This document shows positions 37,467 to 51,515 of a stretch of DNA of 64,000 nt, piece after piece (positions within the stretch are counted from its first letter, which is position 1; the number at the start of each line of letters is the position of its first letter). The position numbers and the translations under genes were made by a program. The notes beneath the pieces were generated by a model, which was given only the letters and a program-made list of their open reading frames with translations, did no database searches and was not told where the DNA came from. The stretch is from Hemiscyllium ocellatum (lineage: Eukaryota), in assembly GCF_020745735.1 (NCBI RefSeq), contig NC_083409.1, positions 29,532,048 through 29,596,047 on the forward strand, read 5' to 3'.

Positions 37467-39099
37467 GACTTACTTATCTGTCAACTCAATATTGAACATT
37501 GTCTTTTTACTGCATTAGAAGAACTTGGGTTAGATGCATTATTTCGGTCTTGAAGTAGTTGATTGCTTATACAATTTGAATTGTCTCTTTTTTATGTTGT
37601 GAGGAGTACAGCTTCCCTGTGGATTGATTTGAGGATATCCTGTTTGTTGGTCGTGCCTTTGATTAAATTTTTCATTATGATGCACGTGTGTATACGCACA
37701 CAACTGGATATACAGTGTTTTGATGTCAGCCATTTGAACTCTGTTAACAGGTCAGACATCCAGATAAAACATACTAGCAAAGATGTTAGTGGGATCACTA
37801 TGTATGTGGTAGTGTTCAGGACTGAAGCAATTATTTAATTTAAGTGTCTACTATCAGATTAATTCTTGAACATAAATAATTCTGATGGAGAGGAAAGGAG
37901 GATTAAGGAGTTCTTTGAGATGAATGTTTTGCTGATAAGTTCAAGACTAATTTTTTTTCAGTATCATGATTTCTTGATTGTCCTTTATTTAAAATATTTA
38001 CGTTGCACTTTTGCAATGTTCATGCACTTTGAAGCACAACTTGTATCAGATGGAATGGACAAAGGATGAATCACTCGGTAATCCTTTTTAGTCCATAGTG
38101 AATATTAAGTCACAGCTGTAGACCAATCTCATAATTGGCAATAGTTGGTTATGCAAATATGCAATGGCATACATATCTTTTATACAGATTAATGGCTTTG
38201 TAAGACTGAGAAAAACCCACAAAATTGTTATTCCAAGTGAAATTTTTGGTGGATTTCCAATGTTTGATTTTTTTGCTTGTCTGAGTGAAGGTTAACTGAA
38301 CATTATAGTAACATTTTGGATAGCTTTTGGTATCTCATCTGAATGAACATTCTGCACATATACATTTAGACTAAGCATTGGCAGTTTGTTTATAAATCCA
38401 GGTAAAGGGCAAAAGAGGGAACAGTATGTACAGCTGAGTTCCACTTGTGCACATTCGTGCATATTTTTCAGTAGAGATCATTGGAATATTTCTCTTTGCC
38501 AAGGCACGTTTAGGTCAGTTATGGTTACCCATTGTTTGACTGATTGAGTTTATTAAGTGAGGACAAATAATATTTGAACAAGAGCAACGATGTCCATATG
38601 TTTAGCCTCTTTTCAAAGGTGTAAGATATTGCAAAACACTTCACAATTACATAATTCACCAAAATTAGATACAATGCCAAAGTAGATGAAGCTTGGTACA
38701 TAACATATTTGTTAAAGATAGATTTTTGACACTTGTATGAGTGGTGGAGATTTAGGAAGAGAGTTAAGAAACTAAGTGTTAAGTGGCTGAAATTCCGGTA
38801 CTATCATAAAGGAAATAGGTGATGTGTAAAAGACCCGAGTTGGAGGACTGCAGATTTTTTTTGGAACATTGTCAGTCAAGGTACAGATGAAAGGGAAAAG
38901 TAGAGCCAAGAATAATAAAATAAATGGGCAATGAAATGATTTTAAATTGAAGGAATGGGAGCCAGTTTGTAAGTGAGCACAGAGATGATGGATGAATGGG
39001 ACTTAAAACAGACTGAGTTCAAATTCGATATTTAGTATCATGTTTGGTCCTTGAGCAGCAAGGAGAAGCTGCTTGCAAGTCAAGTCACAATGAGCAGTA

Positions 39100-39420
39100 A
39101 TTCATAACTTCTGAGTCTAGGACTTGTACATAATCAAGCTGTCTTCATTAAAGTCCTAAAGAACTATTGCTTTGGGAGTGGTGCCTACTTGTGCATAAGA
39201 TTGAGCTCTCCTTTGCCCATTCAGGTGGATATAAATGTTAAGGTACCATGATTCTAAGAGTTTCCTGGTATATCGGTATGATGCCTCCCTCAAAGAACAT
39301 CACGAAGTAGGATGAAATGAGCATTCATTTCATTCATGTAACTTGCTATGAGCTAATCAACTGTCTACAAGACAAATACTTGCTTTCAGAAAAATTTGTT
39401 TTTGTGAAGAACTTTACAAA
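39100..39420 (+). mobile_element. Highly decayed DeuSINE
   Basis: ggacttgtacataatcaagctg...tgcccattcaggtggatataaa...cctcaaagaacatcac. Confidence 0.5.
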
Positions 39421-39429
39421 ATCTTGTGG

Positions 39430-42400
39430 CTCCTTTTTTTTTGAGGTATTTTAGGTGTTGGAGGTGATTTCCTCAAAATCCAGGAGCAGCAATTACTGAT
39501 TTATATGTCGTTGCACTGTTTTGGGGGGAAAACAAGGTGAAAACAATGGAACTTTTAAAAGGAGGAAGACAGACAAAAGGCAATGACCACATGGTCAGTG
39601 CGGGAGAGAGAGAAAGTAACCTACACTGCTAACTGACACAGCAATGAATCTGCACAGTTACACCTTTACTGTTTGAGTTCAAGTATCTCTGGGAGTCAGA
39701 GTGTGTCTAGGAAAACTGAACAAACCCCAAAATTCACAGCTGACCTTGGAAGAACCTGTGTGGGAGAGCTCACAGCATAGGAACAGTTAATTGCATAGAT
39801 TTTAAGTCTACTGTTGTGAATAGATGGCTTCTTTCTTGATTTATATTTTTTATTGAGATCTGTCTCTTGATTAAATTTTTAAAATATAAACGGGAGTTAG
39901 CCTGGAGCACTTTTTCAGAGCAAAACAATAATGCTATTTTCTAGGTCTACAGATTGCGAAGGAGCAAAGATGGCCTTTAGTGATATGCTGTTCCTGTTGG
40001 ATGTAAGAGTTTAGGGAGAATTTCCATGTTACTAATGATTATGTCTGCAGGAAGTGTCTTTGGTTGTGAATCCTATCATATCGCATGGATCAGTTGGAGC
40101 GGCAGTTAGAGGCAGTAAGGAATTTATAAGTGCTGGGGGTCCGATGGACGACAGTTGTAGGAAGGGAGAAAAACCATATATACTGTTCAGTTACTGGGTT
40201 AACTCGAGGCAAGGTAGAAAGATATACAGGTAGGAGGCTTCTGTGGCTATCCCGATTTCAAACCAGTATGCTGTTATGGAAAATATAGTGAGTAATGGAC
40301 TGTCAGGGGAATGTAGCATGAACAGTCAAGTTTCTGGTATCAAGACTGGCTCTAATGTAATGAGAGGTACTTTTGGGTTCCAAGCGATCAGTTATGATAG
40401 GGAATTCTAGTCAGAAGCATAGACAGATGCTTCCGCAACCAGCAACGAAAAATCAGAATGGTGTGTTGCCTCTCTGGTGCCAGGATCAAGGATATCTCAG
40501 ACAGGTGCAGTATGTTCTCAGAGGGGAGAAGGAGCAGCAGGAGGTCATTGTACACATTGGAACCAACGTTAAAGGAGGGGAAAAGGATGTGATTGTGAAA
40601 GGGAAATATAAAAAGTTGGGCAGGAATTTAAAGAGGACCTTGAGGTTAATAATATTTGGATTATTCCCAGTGCTACAAGCAAGTGAGGTGAGGAATAGAT
40701 GTATAGAGCAGATGAATGCGTGGCTGAGGAGCTGGTGCAGGAGAGAAGGGTTCACATTTTTGGATCATTGGTATCTCTTCTGGTGACCTGTACAAAAATG
40801 ATGGATTGCACCTGAATTGGAAGGTGACTAAAATACTGGCAAGGTGATTTGCTAGAGCACTTTGGGAAAATCTAAATTAGTAAGGTAGGGGGATGGGACT
40901 CAGGGAGATAGTGAGGAATGAGATCAATCTGAGACTGGTACAATTGGGAAAAGGAGCAAGTCAAACAGTCAGGGCAGCGAGGAACTAAGCAGAGAACAAG
41001 GCAATACTGATAAATTAAACTGCATTTACTTCAATGCAAGAGACCTAACATGGAAAGCAGATGAACTCAGGGCATAGCTCGGAACTTGGGACTGCAATAT
41101 CATAGCAATTACAGAAACGTGGCTCAGGGATGTTGTACAAAGTATCAAAAGGGGGGGGGGGGTGCCAAGAGAGGAGGGGGAGTGGCATTTTTGATAAGGG
41201 ATAGCATTTCTGCTGACTGAGGGAGGATATTCCTGGGAATACATCCAGTGAAGTTATTTGGATGGAACTGAGAAATAAGAAAGGGATGATCACCTTATTG
41301 GGATTGTATTTATAGACCCACCCAATGGTCAGTGGGAAATTGAGAAACAAATTTGTGAGGAGATTTCAGTTTATCTGGAGGAATAGTAGGGTCGTTATGG
41401 TTGGGGATTTTAACTTTGCAAACATATACTGGGACTGCCATAGTGTTAAGGGTTTAGATGGAGAGGAATTTGTTCAGTGTGTAACAAGAAAATTTTCTGA
41501 TTCAGTATGTGGATGTACCTACTAGAGAAGGTGCAAAACCTTACCTGCACTTGGGAAATATGGTAGAGCAGGTGACTGAAATGTCAGTGGTGGAGCCATT
41601 TGGGGCCAGCGACCATATTCTATCAGTTTTAGAATAGTGGTGGTAAAGGACAGACCAAATCTAAAAGTTGAAGTTGTAAATTGGAGGAAAGCTCATTTTG
41701 ATGGTATTAGGCAAGAACTTTCAAAAGCTGATTGGGAGCAGATGTTTGCAGGTAAAGGGACAGTTGGAAAGTGGGAAGCCTTCATAAGTGAGATCACGAG
41801 AATCCAGAGACAATATATTCCTATTAGGGTGAAAGGGAAGACTGATAGCTGTAGGGAATGCTGGATGACTCAAGAAATTTAGGTTTTGTTTTAGAAAAAG
41901 AAGGTATATATTAGGTATAGACTGGAGAGATCGAGTGAATCCTCAGAAGAGTGTGGATGTGTGGATCCTCGGGAGATGGGGGAGATACTAAAAGAGTATT
42001 TTGCATCAGTTTTTACAGTGGAGAAGAACGGACAGAATGTGATGAAATAGTTGGTAACATTTTGAAGAATGGCCATGTTACAGAGGAGGAAGTGCTGAAT
42101 ATCTTGAATTGCGTAAAAGTGGATAAATCCCTAGGACCTGATCAGGTGTAACCTAGAATTCTGGGGAGCTGGTGATTGCTGGGCTCTTTGCTAAGATATT
42201 TGTATCATCAGTAGTCACACTTGGGGTGTCGGAAGACTGGAGGTTGGCTAATGTGGTACCACTATTTAAGAAAGGTGGTCAGGTCAAGCCTGGGAACAAT
42301 CTACCTTTGAGCCTGATATCAGTGGTGGGCAGGTTGATGGAGGGAGTCCTGACGAATAGGATTTACATATATTTGGAAAGGCAAGGATTGATTAAGGAAA

Positions 42401-43635
42401 GTCAGCATGGCTTTGTGCATGGGAAATCATATCTCACTCACTTGATTGAGTCTTTTGAAGAAGTAACAAAGAGGATTGATGAGCGCAGAGTGGTAGGCGT
42501 GATCTATATGGACTTCACTAAGGCTTTTGATAAGGTTCCTCATGGGGGATTGGTGAGCAAAGTTCAATCTCATGGAATACAGGGAGAACCAGCCATTTGG
42601 ATACAGAACTGGCTCAAAGGTAGAGGATAGAGGGTTGCTTTTCAGACTGGAGTCAGGTGACCAGGCTTGGTGCAGAGTGTTGCTTTTCGTCAGTGAAATA
42701 ATTGATTTGGATTTGAACATATGAGGTAAAGTTAGCAAGTTTGCAGATGACACAAAATTGGAGGTGTAGTGGACAGCAAAGAAGGTTACCTCAGATTACA
42801 AAGAGATTTTGATCAGATGGGGCAATGGTCTGAGGACTGACAGATGGAGTTTAATTTAGGTAAATGTGAGGTGCTGCATTATGGGAGAGCAAACCTTACC
42901 AGAACTTATGCACTTAATGGTCAGGTCCTGAGGAGTGTTGCTGATCGAAGAGACCTTGGATTGCAGGTTTATAGTTCCTTGAAAGTAGAATCGTAGGTAG
43001 ATAGGATAGTGAAGGAGGCATTTGGTATGTTTTCCTTTATTGGCCAGAGCATTGAATACAGAAGTTGGGAAGTCATTTTGCAGCTGTATAGGACATTGGT
43101 TTGGCCACTATTGGAACATTGCATGCAGTTCTGGTCTCCTTCCTATCGGAAGGATGGTGTGAAACTTGAAAGGGTTCAGAAAAGATTTACAAGGATGTTG
43201 CCAGGGTTGGAGGATTTGAGCTATAGGGAGAGGCTGAATAGGCTGGAGCTATTTTCTCTGGAGCACCTTATAGAGATTTATAAAATCATGAGGGACACGA
43301 ATAGGATAAATAGTCCAAGTCTTTCCCTTGGGTGGGAGAGTCCTGAAGGGCATAGGTTTAGGGGGAGCGAGGAAAGATATAAAAGGGACCAATGGGACAA
43401 CTTTTTGATGCAGAGGGTACAACATGTGGGGAATGAGATGTCGAGGAAGTGGTGGGGGCTGGTACAATTACAGCATTTAAAAAACATCTGGATGGCTATG
43501 TGAATAGGAAGTGTTGAGGGGGATATAGGCCAAGTGCTGGCAAATGGGATTAGATTATGTTAGGATAACTGGTCGGCATGGATGAATTGGACCAAAGGGT
43601 CTTTTTCCATGCTGTATATCTCTGTGACTCTATAA
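39430..43635 (+). mobile_element. Near full-length decayed CR1 LINE (5' UTR, ORF1 zinc finger + SGNH esterase, ORF2 APE + RT, 3' tail)
   Basis: CRKC near 40045; VIVHIGTN...MNAWLRSWCRREGFTFLDHW; LNCIYFNAR, ITETWL, VMVGDFN; WRLANVVPLFKKG; QHGF; IYMDFTKAFDKVPH; KFADDTK; tail ctctgtgactctat; stops, frameshifts and internal deletions. Confidence 0.95.
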
Positions 43636-44689
43636 CTAAGTACATTCAAGTTCTTGATTATCTTAATGTTGAGTTAATTGTCTGAGTGTTAATTAATGAC
43701 AAGGCGATGCCATTGTGGGTTCTTTCAACATACTTGTCTTTTTGACTAAACTGAAAAATTACAATGTTGGAGACATTTCAATGTTACGCAAAGGAAGGAA
43801 TACGCCAGGTCAGGATGTGATATGATATTTGTGGATCAGTTTCAGAGTTATTTTGGTCTCTAAACTCTCTTCAAATTGCACTAGCTTTTTTAGAAGCACG
43901 AGAGGAGGTCAGTCGTCTCTCCTATTATAAGAAAATTGGGGGGAAGTTCATAATTCTAACATCGAAGCTTTGAGAAAGTAGCAACAGTTTGTCAAAAGAT
44001 TGCGGGATTAAATGAATAGCTATGCAATGACTGTAAAAATAAGGTCTATTTCTGGTTATGTATTGATAGAAAAAAACAAGTTGGTGGTTTGTCTCATGCC
44101 TGTTGCATCATCAGAATTATACTTTCCCAGAGTTGAAATCTGGGAACTTGGTATATCCTTTAGATCTCTTTTTTTTAGCTCTATGACTCAGAATTTAAAA
44201 CATAAGTTAGCATGATTTTATCTCCATGCTGCCAGAAGTCTGTACATTGCCCAATGTAAGCGATACAACACGATAGCCCAAAATATCCACCTGCTCTTGT
44301 CTGAAATTAATTTTCACTTGCTTTATATTTAAATAATTATTTTGTCACAAAATCTTACTTTCATTGGCCTGCTCAGCTCATTCTCAAGAACATGTACAAT
44401 ATGTTATATGACAATGCTGCAGGTTTGCATGTAATTAATATGTGCAGAGAAAGAAATACAAGTACAGAAATGAATACATCTGTTTAATTCAAGTAGTTGC
44501 TTCAAATTGTGAAAATCTTTACTAGTGAGGAAGCAAATCCATAACTGATGTGCTCATAACTGGAATGTGAAAGATTCAATTTGGCTGACTTTATCTCTTT
44601 GGGATGCTCAGATTTTTCTAAGTTACTTCCTATTGTCTGGTCTTTAGACAGTTGGAGCTGTTTAACTTGAATACAAGTCAAAAGTAAAC

Positions 44690-44875
44690 TTCTGCAGATA
44701 CTGCCTAATCTACAGAGTATCGCCAGCATCTTCTGTTCTTATTTCAGATTTCTAGCATCTGCAGAAAGTGATGAGAGAACTGATGAAAGGTCATCAACTT
44801 GAAATGTCAACTGTGTATTTTTATGCACAGATGTTGACTGACGAGTGTTTTCAGTTTTTTTTTTCATTTTCAGAG
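44690..44875 (+). mobile_element. Two tandem old Penelope pLTR relics; decayed hammerhead at ~44777-44812
   Basis: cagatactgcc...tttcagatttctagcatctgcag then ctgatgaaaggtcatcaacttgaaatgtcaact...cacagatgttgactga. Confidence 0.68.
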
Positions 44876-45709
44876 TAGGATGTATGTCTGAATGCACATT
44901 TTCTTTCAATTCTTAAGTGACTTTAGAACTTGGAAATTATTTTAGATATGATTTATGTTGTTTGATAGAGGTTAAACTTAGATTCTGCCTGATTTGATGA
45001 GCGGTAATGTAAGAAATATCACAATTTCTGTGTGAAATCTAAATTTTGAAGAGACTGTTGATTATTGAAACTTGATGATTTCAATATGGATTGTTCTTCA
45101 CGACTTAAAACTGAAAAAGCTGTTGCTTTTTTTGTTGGCTTTCTTTTGAACAGATAATATCCCAAATTTCAGATTCTGAATCATGCGTTATTATCACAAA
45201 CTCTTTTCTTGAACTTTGCAGTCCCAAATGATTGATTTCTGCCATATCCGCATGCTTTTTTTAAAATACTCCACTCATTGTCCACTTAAGCTGTATCGTG
45301 AGCATTGCAGGAATTGATTTAATGACTTTTTTTGAAACTTCCTCCAGTACTTTTATTCCCATTCCATAAAGTTGTTGATTATTGTGTTGTCAATTTTTCC
45401 CGTAATTGATGCAAATGGGAAAAAAATACTTACTATTCCGTCAGCGGCATCACAATCTGTGTTCAGTGTTCACACAAATGCTTGATAGCAGGGTTAGTGG
45501 TCTAATGATCAGAAATGGGAACCCTGGTTATGAAATTTAGCCATGTATGACAGTGACTCAATAGAATTTTCCAGTACTGCTGAGATCATCTAAGTAAACA
45601 AGGATAACGATATGGTCCTTCTTGTCTCAGCTGACCTGCTGTTTCATTTTTTATTGGAATCTCCCCCTCATTCTTCCTGTCAAACTGAATGTTTTCGTTC
45701 ACAGCCAAC

Positions 45710-46740
45710 AAGCCATATCTGGAATTGGAAAGAAAATTCTCAAGTGGGTTGAATCAGCCCTGCACAAAAGAAGATGTTTGTGCTTGATGGAGGCCAGTCA
45801 TCTCAGTCTTAGGTCATTGCTGCAGGATCCCCTCAGGATTGACTATTTGGCTTAATCTTCTTCAGCTGCTCCATCGATGACTATCCTTTTGTCATAACAT
45901 GAGAAGTGGGAATTTTTACTGTTGATTGAGCCGTGTTCAGTTCAGTCACTCCTCCTCAGATATTGAAGCAGCCACTGGGGGTATGGAGTAATATCCAGGT
46001 AACACTCGGGTTTGGGCTGAGAAGTGGCAAGTCATGTTTGCAGTAGATAGTGCCAAGCCACAACTATGTCCCGTAAGAGAGACTACAACATGACAAGATT
46101 ATCATCGCTGAAGCTCTCATTATCAACATCTTGGGGATCACCATTGATCAGGAAGTTAAAGGAACCTACCATATAAATACTGTGGTTACAAGAACTGGTC
46201 AGAGGCTGGATTTCTGCAGAGAGCACCTCATCGTCTGACGCTGTATAGTCTGTGTGCCATCAGCAAAGTGCATCAGGAGTATGATGAAATAGTAGTCACA
46301 AACCTGGAAAGTATAATTCTAAACGGCAATCAGTAAGCTTGACACTGTATAGAGCCAAGTAGCCTGCTTTTTTGGTACTTCATTGACCACTTTAAACATT
46401 TATTGCCTGTACTATTGAAACATGATGGTAGTAGTGTTTACCATCTACAAGATGTGTGACAGCAATGTCTCGTTCATTAACATCTTCCAATAACATGATG
46501 TCTCCCATCAGGAAAAATAAGGGCATCAGATGACTGGGAACAGCCTCACTTGCAAGTTGATCTCCAAGTCACTTATCTTGAACTATATTGCTGCTTCACT
46601 TTAGATCAAAATCCTGGAAATTTCTCTGATAGCTCCCCAATGGATGTACCTATACCACATGGATTAGAGAGGTTCAAGAACATGGCACATCCTCACTTAC
46701 TGTAGGGCAATAAGAGAATCTCGCATTCTATGAATGTGCA
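45710..46740 (+). mobile_element. CR1-group LINE family B (old)
   Basis: atcttcttcagctgctccatcgatgac...tgggctgagaagtggcaagt...aaaatcctggaa...gggcaataa. Confidence 0.8.
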
Positions 46741-47055
46741 AAAGCTTTATTTAAAATGTAGTTAGGATGCCCTGAACTATCTTAGTCGGATCTATCAAAA
46801 TATGTTTTTCTTAATATGAATGTTATGCTTTGTGAATCTTTGGCATTTTGAAAGTAAATTTTTAATGACTGTATGATGAAAAGGTTATTTTCTTTAAATG
46901 AATTTCAATTTATTCAGTGCCCCTGAACCCACCCACCTCCAATCTCACTTTCCCTAAGCGCAGATTTTTGCCTGAAGCACAGCTGAATGTGTCCTGATGA
47001 TCTGTCAAATATTTTGCTTAACTTGTCTTTGGGTGAACGTGGATTGTGCATGAGT

Positions 47056-47975
47056 GTCATAGAGATGGACAGCACGGAACCAATATCAAGATACGTGAGT
47101 TGGAGATCAACTTGCAATGAGGCTGTTCCCAGGCATCTGATGCCTTTATTTTAGTCCCATTCGTCCATGCCGACCTGATATCCCAACCCAATTTAGTCTC
47201 ACCTGCCCACACCTGGCCCATATCCCTCTGAACCCTTACTATTCATACCCATCCAGATGCCTTTTATATGTTGCAATTGTACTAGCTCCACCACTTCCTC
47301 TGGCAGCTCATCCATACATGTACCATCCGCTGTGTGAAAACATTGCCACTTAGGTCTCTTTTATATCTTTCCCCTCTCATCCTAAACCTATGCCCTCTAA
47401 TTCTGGATTCCCCCATCCTAGGGAAAAGACTTTGTCTATTTATTCTATCCATGCCCCTCATGATTTTATAAATCTCTATAAGGTCACCCCTCAGCCTCCG
47501 ACACTCCAGGGAAAAGAGCCCTAGCCTGTTCAACCTCTCACTATAGCTCAAATCCTCCAACCCTGGCAACATCCTTGTAAATCATTATAGTCTTTCAAGT
47601 GTCATAACATCCTTCCAATAGGAAGGAAACCAGAATTGCACGCAATATTCCAACAGTGGCCTAACCAATGTTCTGTATAGCCTCAACATGACCTCTCAAC
47701 TCCTGTACTTAATACTCTGACGAATAAATGAAAGCATACCAAACGCCTTCTTCATTATCCTATCTACCTGCACTTTCAAGGAACTATGAACCTGCACTCC
47801 AAGGTCTCTTTGTTCAGCAACACTCCCTAAGACCTTACCATTAAGTGTATAAGTCCTGCTAAGATTTGCTTTCCCAAGATGCAGCGCTTCACATTTATCT
47901 GAATTAAACTCCATCTGCCACTTCTCAGCCCATTGGCCCATCTGATCAAGATCTTGTTATGCTCTAAGGTAACCT
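47056..47975 (-). mobile_element. CR1 LINE 3' ~900 bp, same subfamily as 39430-43635
   Basis: MGQWAEKWQMEFNSDKCEALHLG; LPGLEDLSYSERLNRLGLFSLECRRLRGDLIEIYKIM. Confidence 0.93.
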
Positions 47976-48989
47976 GAGTGCCCACAGGCCGTTGAGTCCA
48001 TTGTCCCACAAACAACTCTGATTCTTGCTGACTTGGTATTTGCATTTTTGATTTTTAAACAGGAGTCAATGCAAAATCTCTTCCGAGTTTCCACTTGTTT
48101 CCACAGAGACTATTTTGAGTAATGTCTGGATTCTGTCTGATCCATTAGTAACTGGAGTCTGCTTGGCCCAGAATGGGTGTAGTTGAGGGGTGCAATGTAG
48201 CCAGTTCCAGTCTGCTCCCGAGTGCATCCCAATGCTTTCCTGTTCCTGTTTCTGTTAAGGTGGCCATCTATTTCTCTATTGAAAGCTGTGATTGAACCTA
48301 CCTCCAACATACTCTCAAATAGTACATCTCAAATCCTAACATTTGCTGTGTTAAAATGAAGATTTGTTTGTCATGTTGTTTGTATTCTGTTTGCCAAACA
48401 CTTAAAATCACTACTTTTATTGTTCACCTTTGTATCTTTGAGAGAATTTATTCTCTCCTCATGTTTTTGAACATTTTAATTAAACTGCCTCTCAGGTGGG
48501 AAAGAAAGGGAAACAGAGATATGAAACAGCTGAAGAAAGATCAAGAGCTGAGAGTGGAATTTTACAATGGGGAAGAAAATAGAATGTTATTATGGACTCA
48601 ATAGGCAGTCAGCACATCCTTTGGTAATAGAGCATTGGAAAATTGATAACTTGGATTTGTCAGGTCATCAGAAATTCTCGTATGAGTTGGGCAGAGGAAG
48701 GTAGAGTCCCAACTTGAATTGAGGTACTTAGAAATGGAAAAGATGGCCGACTTCACTTCATGATTGGTGTCTGCAAGTATGTAAATAAAGTCCTGGAAGA
48801 AAAGAGAATATACCTGTGGAAGTATAGGGAGCTTCATTATGGATTGTGATGGAGAATCTTTGATTTCCAAATCATGACTGAAGTCCTGATACGCTAACTT
48901 CAATGGGAATTGCCTCAAGAAGTTTGAACTTCCTCTGGGCAATTCTCCACTCCTTGAGACCCTTTGGAAATGTGTTCATGACCGTGAGC

Positions 48990-49298
48990 TAGAGATTAGA
49001 TTCCCTATCATGTGGAAATAGGCAAACAAGTCCACACCGACCCTCTACAGAGTAACCCACCCAGATCCATTCCCCTACCTTTACCCCTGGCTAATGCATG
49101 TAACATGATGGGCAATTTAGCTTGGCCAATTCACCTGATCTCCACATCTGTGGATTGTGGGAGGAAACCGGAACACCCGGATGAAACCCATGCAGACACA
49201 GGGAGAATGTGAGAACTCCATACAGACAGTGGCCTGGGGCAGGAATCAAACACTGATACCAGGCGTTGAGGCAGCAGTACTAACCACTGAGCCACTGT
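48990..49298 (-). mobile_element. HE1-type V-SINE
   Basis: gattagatt tail, gggaggaaaccggaacacccgg, ctaaccactgagccactgtg. Confidence 0.9.
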
Positions 49299-51059
49299 GG
49301 GTTGAAGACTTTGAACTGTTCTATGGTAATTAACTGAATCATTCCTGGTAACTATTATATGGAAAATCCTAGTTTAACTAACTACTGAACTAACATATCC
49401 CCCAATCCCCCTCCACTCCCATATCTCACACGAACCTTCATTGTTCAACTACTCGTGTTGACCCAATCCGACTAGTCCCCAAGCTTACTACCCCTCCTGA
49501 CTTCATTAGTACCTGACCCGACCTAACTACCCCGAATTTCTGTACCTGCTATCCTTCCACCTGCCATACTGCCCACCTATACAATCATTTCATTTAATTA
49601 CCCAATCTACCCATTTACTCATTCACCCATTCATGCATTTACAAACATTGGTATGGTACATTCAAAGTGATAATGCAACAGTGAGTGCGGTTAATGTGAA
49701 GCATATCTTCAGTACTGATTGACTTTCCACAGATTTCTCTGTTCAGGGAGTTGTTTGGGTTTCTGCCAGTAACAGACTTCATTGTTTGAATGCCAATCAG
49801 AAGATTTTTAACCATTGTCTTTCATCTGGGGTTGGATGGAGGACAGTGTTTTAATAAACTTGTTTAGTTATGGGATAGTAACAGCTCAGTTCATTTTTTA
49901 TCTCTCGCTTTCAATATAATATTTCTTTCTTTGATTACTTTTGCAACTTGTAAATGGATCACTGTTTTTATTGAATGTAAACATTTTTCATTTTTCTTCC
50001 ACAATATGTATAGAAATGGTTGTATACTAACTGCTTAAAATCCAAGTATAGTGATGTGAATGTTTCTGTATGTCATAGGCCTTTAATTATTGCTTTTGGA
50101 AACAGCTTATTTAGAGTGATTTTGTTGATGTCTGAAATTTGCGCCTAACTAAGTGTAGGGATAGGTTACCTGATATTTTTTGAGGACCTATCTTCATGCC
50201 AATTTCCAGTTGATGAAATAGTATTTCATAGATATTTGTATGTATGCACTTTCTGTTGTTAATTTAATATAGTGTGATTTTTCTTCATGTTTTGATCTTC
50301 CTGATCAATGGGCATGGTATACTCTAAGGGAACTTTGAACCTAGACTGTGGAGGTATACAAAATGCTGCCGCAACCTCTGGTCACAATTCCTCACTGTAA
50401 ACTTATGTTTAGTATCTAACATTGCAAGTTTTGTTTTGTATAGTGAATATTCATCCGTAATGGGAGTGTGTTCCCTTAACAATGAAACTGTTCAAAAAAA
50501 GGAAAAGCAGCTCTGGATGTACTTCCTATTGTTTTGAAAACATTCAGGCATATGACTAACAACTCAAAAAGTATTGGATGCTCGTCTGGTAGGAGGTGTG
50601 TTTCTAAGTATTTTAGATGGAATTATTGGGACAATTTCAGGGCAAACTTCAATGCTGAACAGATTCTGATTTGGTAAATATTTGCTTCACTCCAGACATG
50701 CCAGGAATTTGCTTGCCGAGTCGGATCCTGACAGAATTGTCGTTTAAATGCCAGGAAATGTTCTACTTGGACTGTGCTTGGATTCTGACTTGATAATGAG
50801 CTCCTTGTGCAGGTTTTTATACTTGGAAATTGTTGATCATTAGTTCAGACTGAACAGCAATAATTCAGACTGAACAAACCAACATCCACTTAAAACAAGA
50901 TTTGCAAAGCTCATATTTGATGTTTTTAAATATGTTTCTGTATGATAATGACAATGGCAAGATTATTCATTAAGTTGAGTATTGGAAAGACAAAATATAA
51001 GCATCTTTGCTGGAAATGCTGTTGCTGTACAATGCTTTGTTGATGGTTAGGTGTTGTCA

Positions 51060-51145
51060 TTCTGAAACATAAACAGAAATTACTGGAAAAGCTCAGCAGA
51101 TCTGGCAGCAACCGTGTAGATCAGAGTTACCATTTCAGGTGGTCT
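51060..51145 (-). mobile_element. Penelope pLTR tail relic
   Basis: aaacagaaattactggaaaagctcagcagatctggcagca. Confidence 0.65.
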
Positions 51146-51436
51146 TGGATTATGATTATGGCTTTTTGTCAGAGATAACTGCATCTCATGAGCTTTGAAT
51201 GTTTTTTGATGGTGGCTTTAATCTTAACACCTTGGAATTGGAGTTTGAAAATGTTTGCTGCAATGAAATGTTCTATGTACTGTTAAACCAGCAGGGAACC
51301 TCTGCTGCATGGGCAGCATTCAGCTATTGTTAAACTTTACATTCTACAGTGTATTGGAATAGCATTTTCTTGCATTTGTAAGCTTGTACTTGAGGCATTG
51401 CTGTCAGTGAGGATAATCTTAAAGTGAATGGTTTGA

Positions 51437-51515
51437 GAACATAGAACGTAGAAAAGTACAGCACAGAACAGGTCCTTTAGCCCACGATGTTGTGCCTAGG
51501 TTTAATCCTAATGTT
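51437..51515 (-). mobile_element. CR1 3' tail
   Basis: gaacatagaacgtagaaaagtacagcacagaacaggtcctttagcccac. Confidence 0.75.

Noticed and set aside
40373-43503. Esterase/RT-like ORFs as host genes or a retron-like system
   Set aside because: Broken pieces of one CR1 LINE with stops and frameshifts.
48500-49860. Possible old non-autonomous repeat around the SINE at 48990
   Set aside because: Could not define termini or family from the sequence alone.
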